Assembly: GCF_000143415.4 (NCBI RefSeq)
Contig: NW_003314319.1
Span: 335,181-399,180, forward strand
Origin: Selaginella moellendorffii
Lineage: Eukaryota; Plantae; Lycopodiophyta
DNA length: 64,000 nt
Direction of reading: 5' to 3'
Shown piece after piece: positions 62,801 through 64,000 of the stretch (the stretch's first letter is position 1; every line of letters begins with the position of its first letter). Position numbers and translations under genes: made by a program. Below the pieces are notes generated by a model. The model saw only the letters and a list, made by a program, of their open reading frames with translations, was not told the origin of the DNA and did no database searches.

Positions 62801-64000
62801 AATATTGTGAAATATAAAAAAATAAATTAAAAAACTGATAGAAATATTAATAAATATTAATTAAGTACTAGGAAATGGCATGTGGACACATGCTAATTAA
62901 TGTCCCACTTTACTGAATAAGTCCCACTTTAACGAAATAAAGCATAATTTTGAATTTTGCAGAGTAACACATATGAGCAAAAGTTACTTTCCATTATTCA
63001 TGATTTACAAACGTGGCAGCATTATCTTTATGGTGCAGTGTTTGTGGTGTTGATAAATCATAAACCTTTTGTGTATCTCTTCATGTAGAAAGAGTTGAAC
63101 ATTAGGCAAATTTGTTGGATGATCAAACTTATAGAATTTGGGGAGTTTTCTATTGAGCATCATTTGAGAAAATCAAATGTGGTGATAAATGCTTTATCTT
63201 GTGTTTGTCATATGATGGCATTATAAACACAATTTTGTCATCATTTGAATAAAGTAGTCAATGAGTTTAAGCAATTGATTGAGCTTACTCAGGCTTAAGA
63301 TGTTGAGGTGGTTTTTTTGTGAGTATAGATAAAAACCCTTTTTGTATTGGTGGATGGGATTCTTTACTACAATGGTTATGTCTATTTACCATAGGTGAAT
63401 GTGTTGATTACTTAGGTTTTATTCCACTACCATAATCATCTAGAGGTTAGTCATTTTTGGGGGAAGAAAACATATGAGTTGATTAAACGCAATTTTTATT
63501 AAAGGAATATGAAGGTTGATATCCTTGAGTATTGTAAATCATGCGAGCTCACAAAATTTAATGAGATTTTAGTGGTATGTAAACGAAATTTATAGGTAAC
63601 TTAGAATAGAGTGGAGAAGTTTATTGTCGCCTTAGAATCAAACTTATTTTGAACATCTTTACTCAAATGCAATCTCAACTCCACCACTATTTTAAGATGC
63701 TTTCCAAATATGGCAAAGTAAGGATTTAACTTAGTTCCACTATTTTGTCTATTGTTGTAAGTAAATTGCACTAACAGAAGATATAAATTCTATTGTCCTT
63801 ACTTATAGCCAATGCTACAATGTAGTATATCCTCCACCATTTGATTCACACTCTTAGTTTGCCCAGCCATTTAAGGATGATCTCCACTCAAGAGTTGAAA
63901 GTCACTTATATAAACTTTGCAAAGCTCATCTAAAATCCACTAGTGAACTTTGAATCATAATTATTACTGATGTTTCTCGGAAAACCAAAATAAAAAAAAA
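59854..64000 (+). mobile_element. Heavily decayed family-A Gypsy (LTR, gag, PR, RT, RNase H, IN) with an inverted integrase piece at ~63625-64000
   Basis: Starts tgttcggtgcc (reverse complement of the family-A LTR end); colinear with 7479-10937; retains RT (FLDDIL); many stops. Confidence 0.9.
62658..62945. mobile_element. MITE, 288 bp, with 27-bp perfect TIRs and an AATT target duplication
   Basis: atgctttatttcgttaaagtgggactt...aagtcccactttaacgaaataaagcat; removing it plus one AATT restores the RNase H frame. Confidence 0.88.

Noticed and set aside
59854-64000. C>T/G>A hypermutation caused by the nearby deaminase-like gene
   Set aside because: Both-strand transition load is the ordinary result of long-term TE methylation; nothing links it to that gene.

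Overview
This is eukaryotic plant nuclear DNA. Compact genes, 51-59 nt GT-AG introns and many PLS-type PPR remnants suggest a Selaginella-like lycophyte (inference, not verified). Positions 1-20.5 kb, 33-37 kb and 59.8-64 kb are nested LTR retrotransposons: a Ty3/Gypsy with RT replaced by filler, a 6.3-kb non-coding LARD with TSD, TRIMs, a chromovirus relic and a MITE. Positions 21-59.8 kb are a gene island built from a repeated cassette of BSP/PR-17 peptidase, nodulin-like MFS transporter, 2OG-Fe(II) dioxygenase and an LRR relic. The island also holds PPR, B-lectin and LRR pseudogenes. Three highlights stand out. (1) An orphan gene at 49841-50722 (-) has a full set of Zn-dependent cytidine-deaminase-fold motifs (GxN strand, NCAE, RCxxC) and is neither DYW nor a canonical plant CDA. 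(2) Segment 21010-32395 is an inverted, circularly permuted copy of 39772-50214, opened at a single base inside the BSP gene, which is the signature expected of a reintegrated DNA circle. (3) The head-to-head MFS/2ODD pair occurs three times with complementary inactivation.
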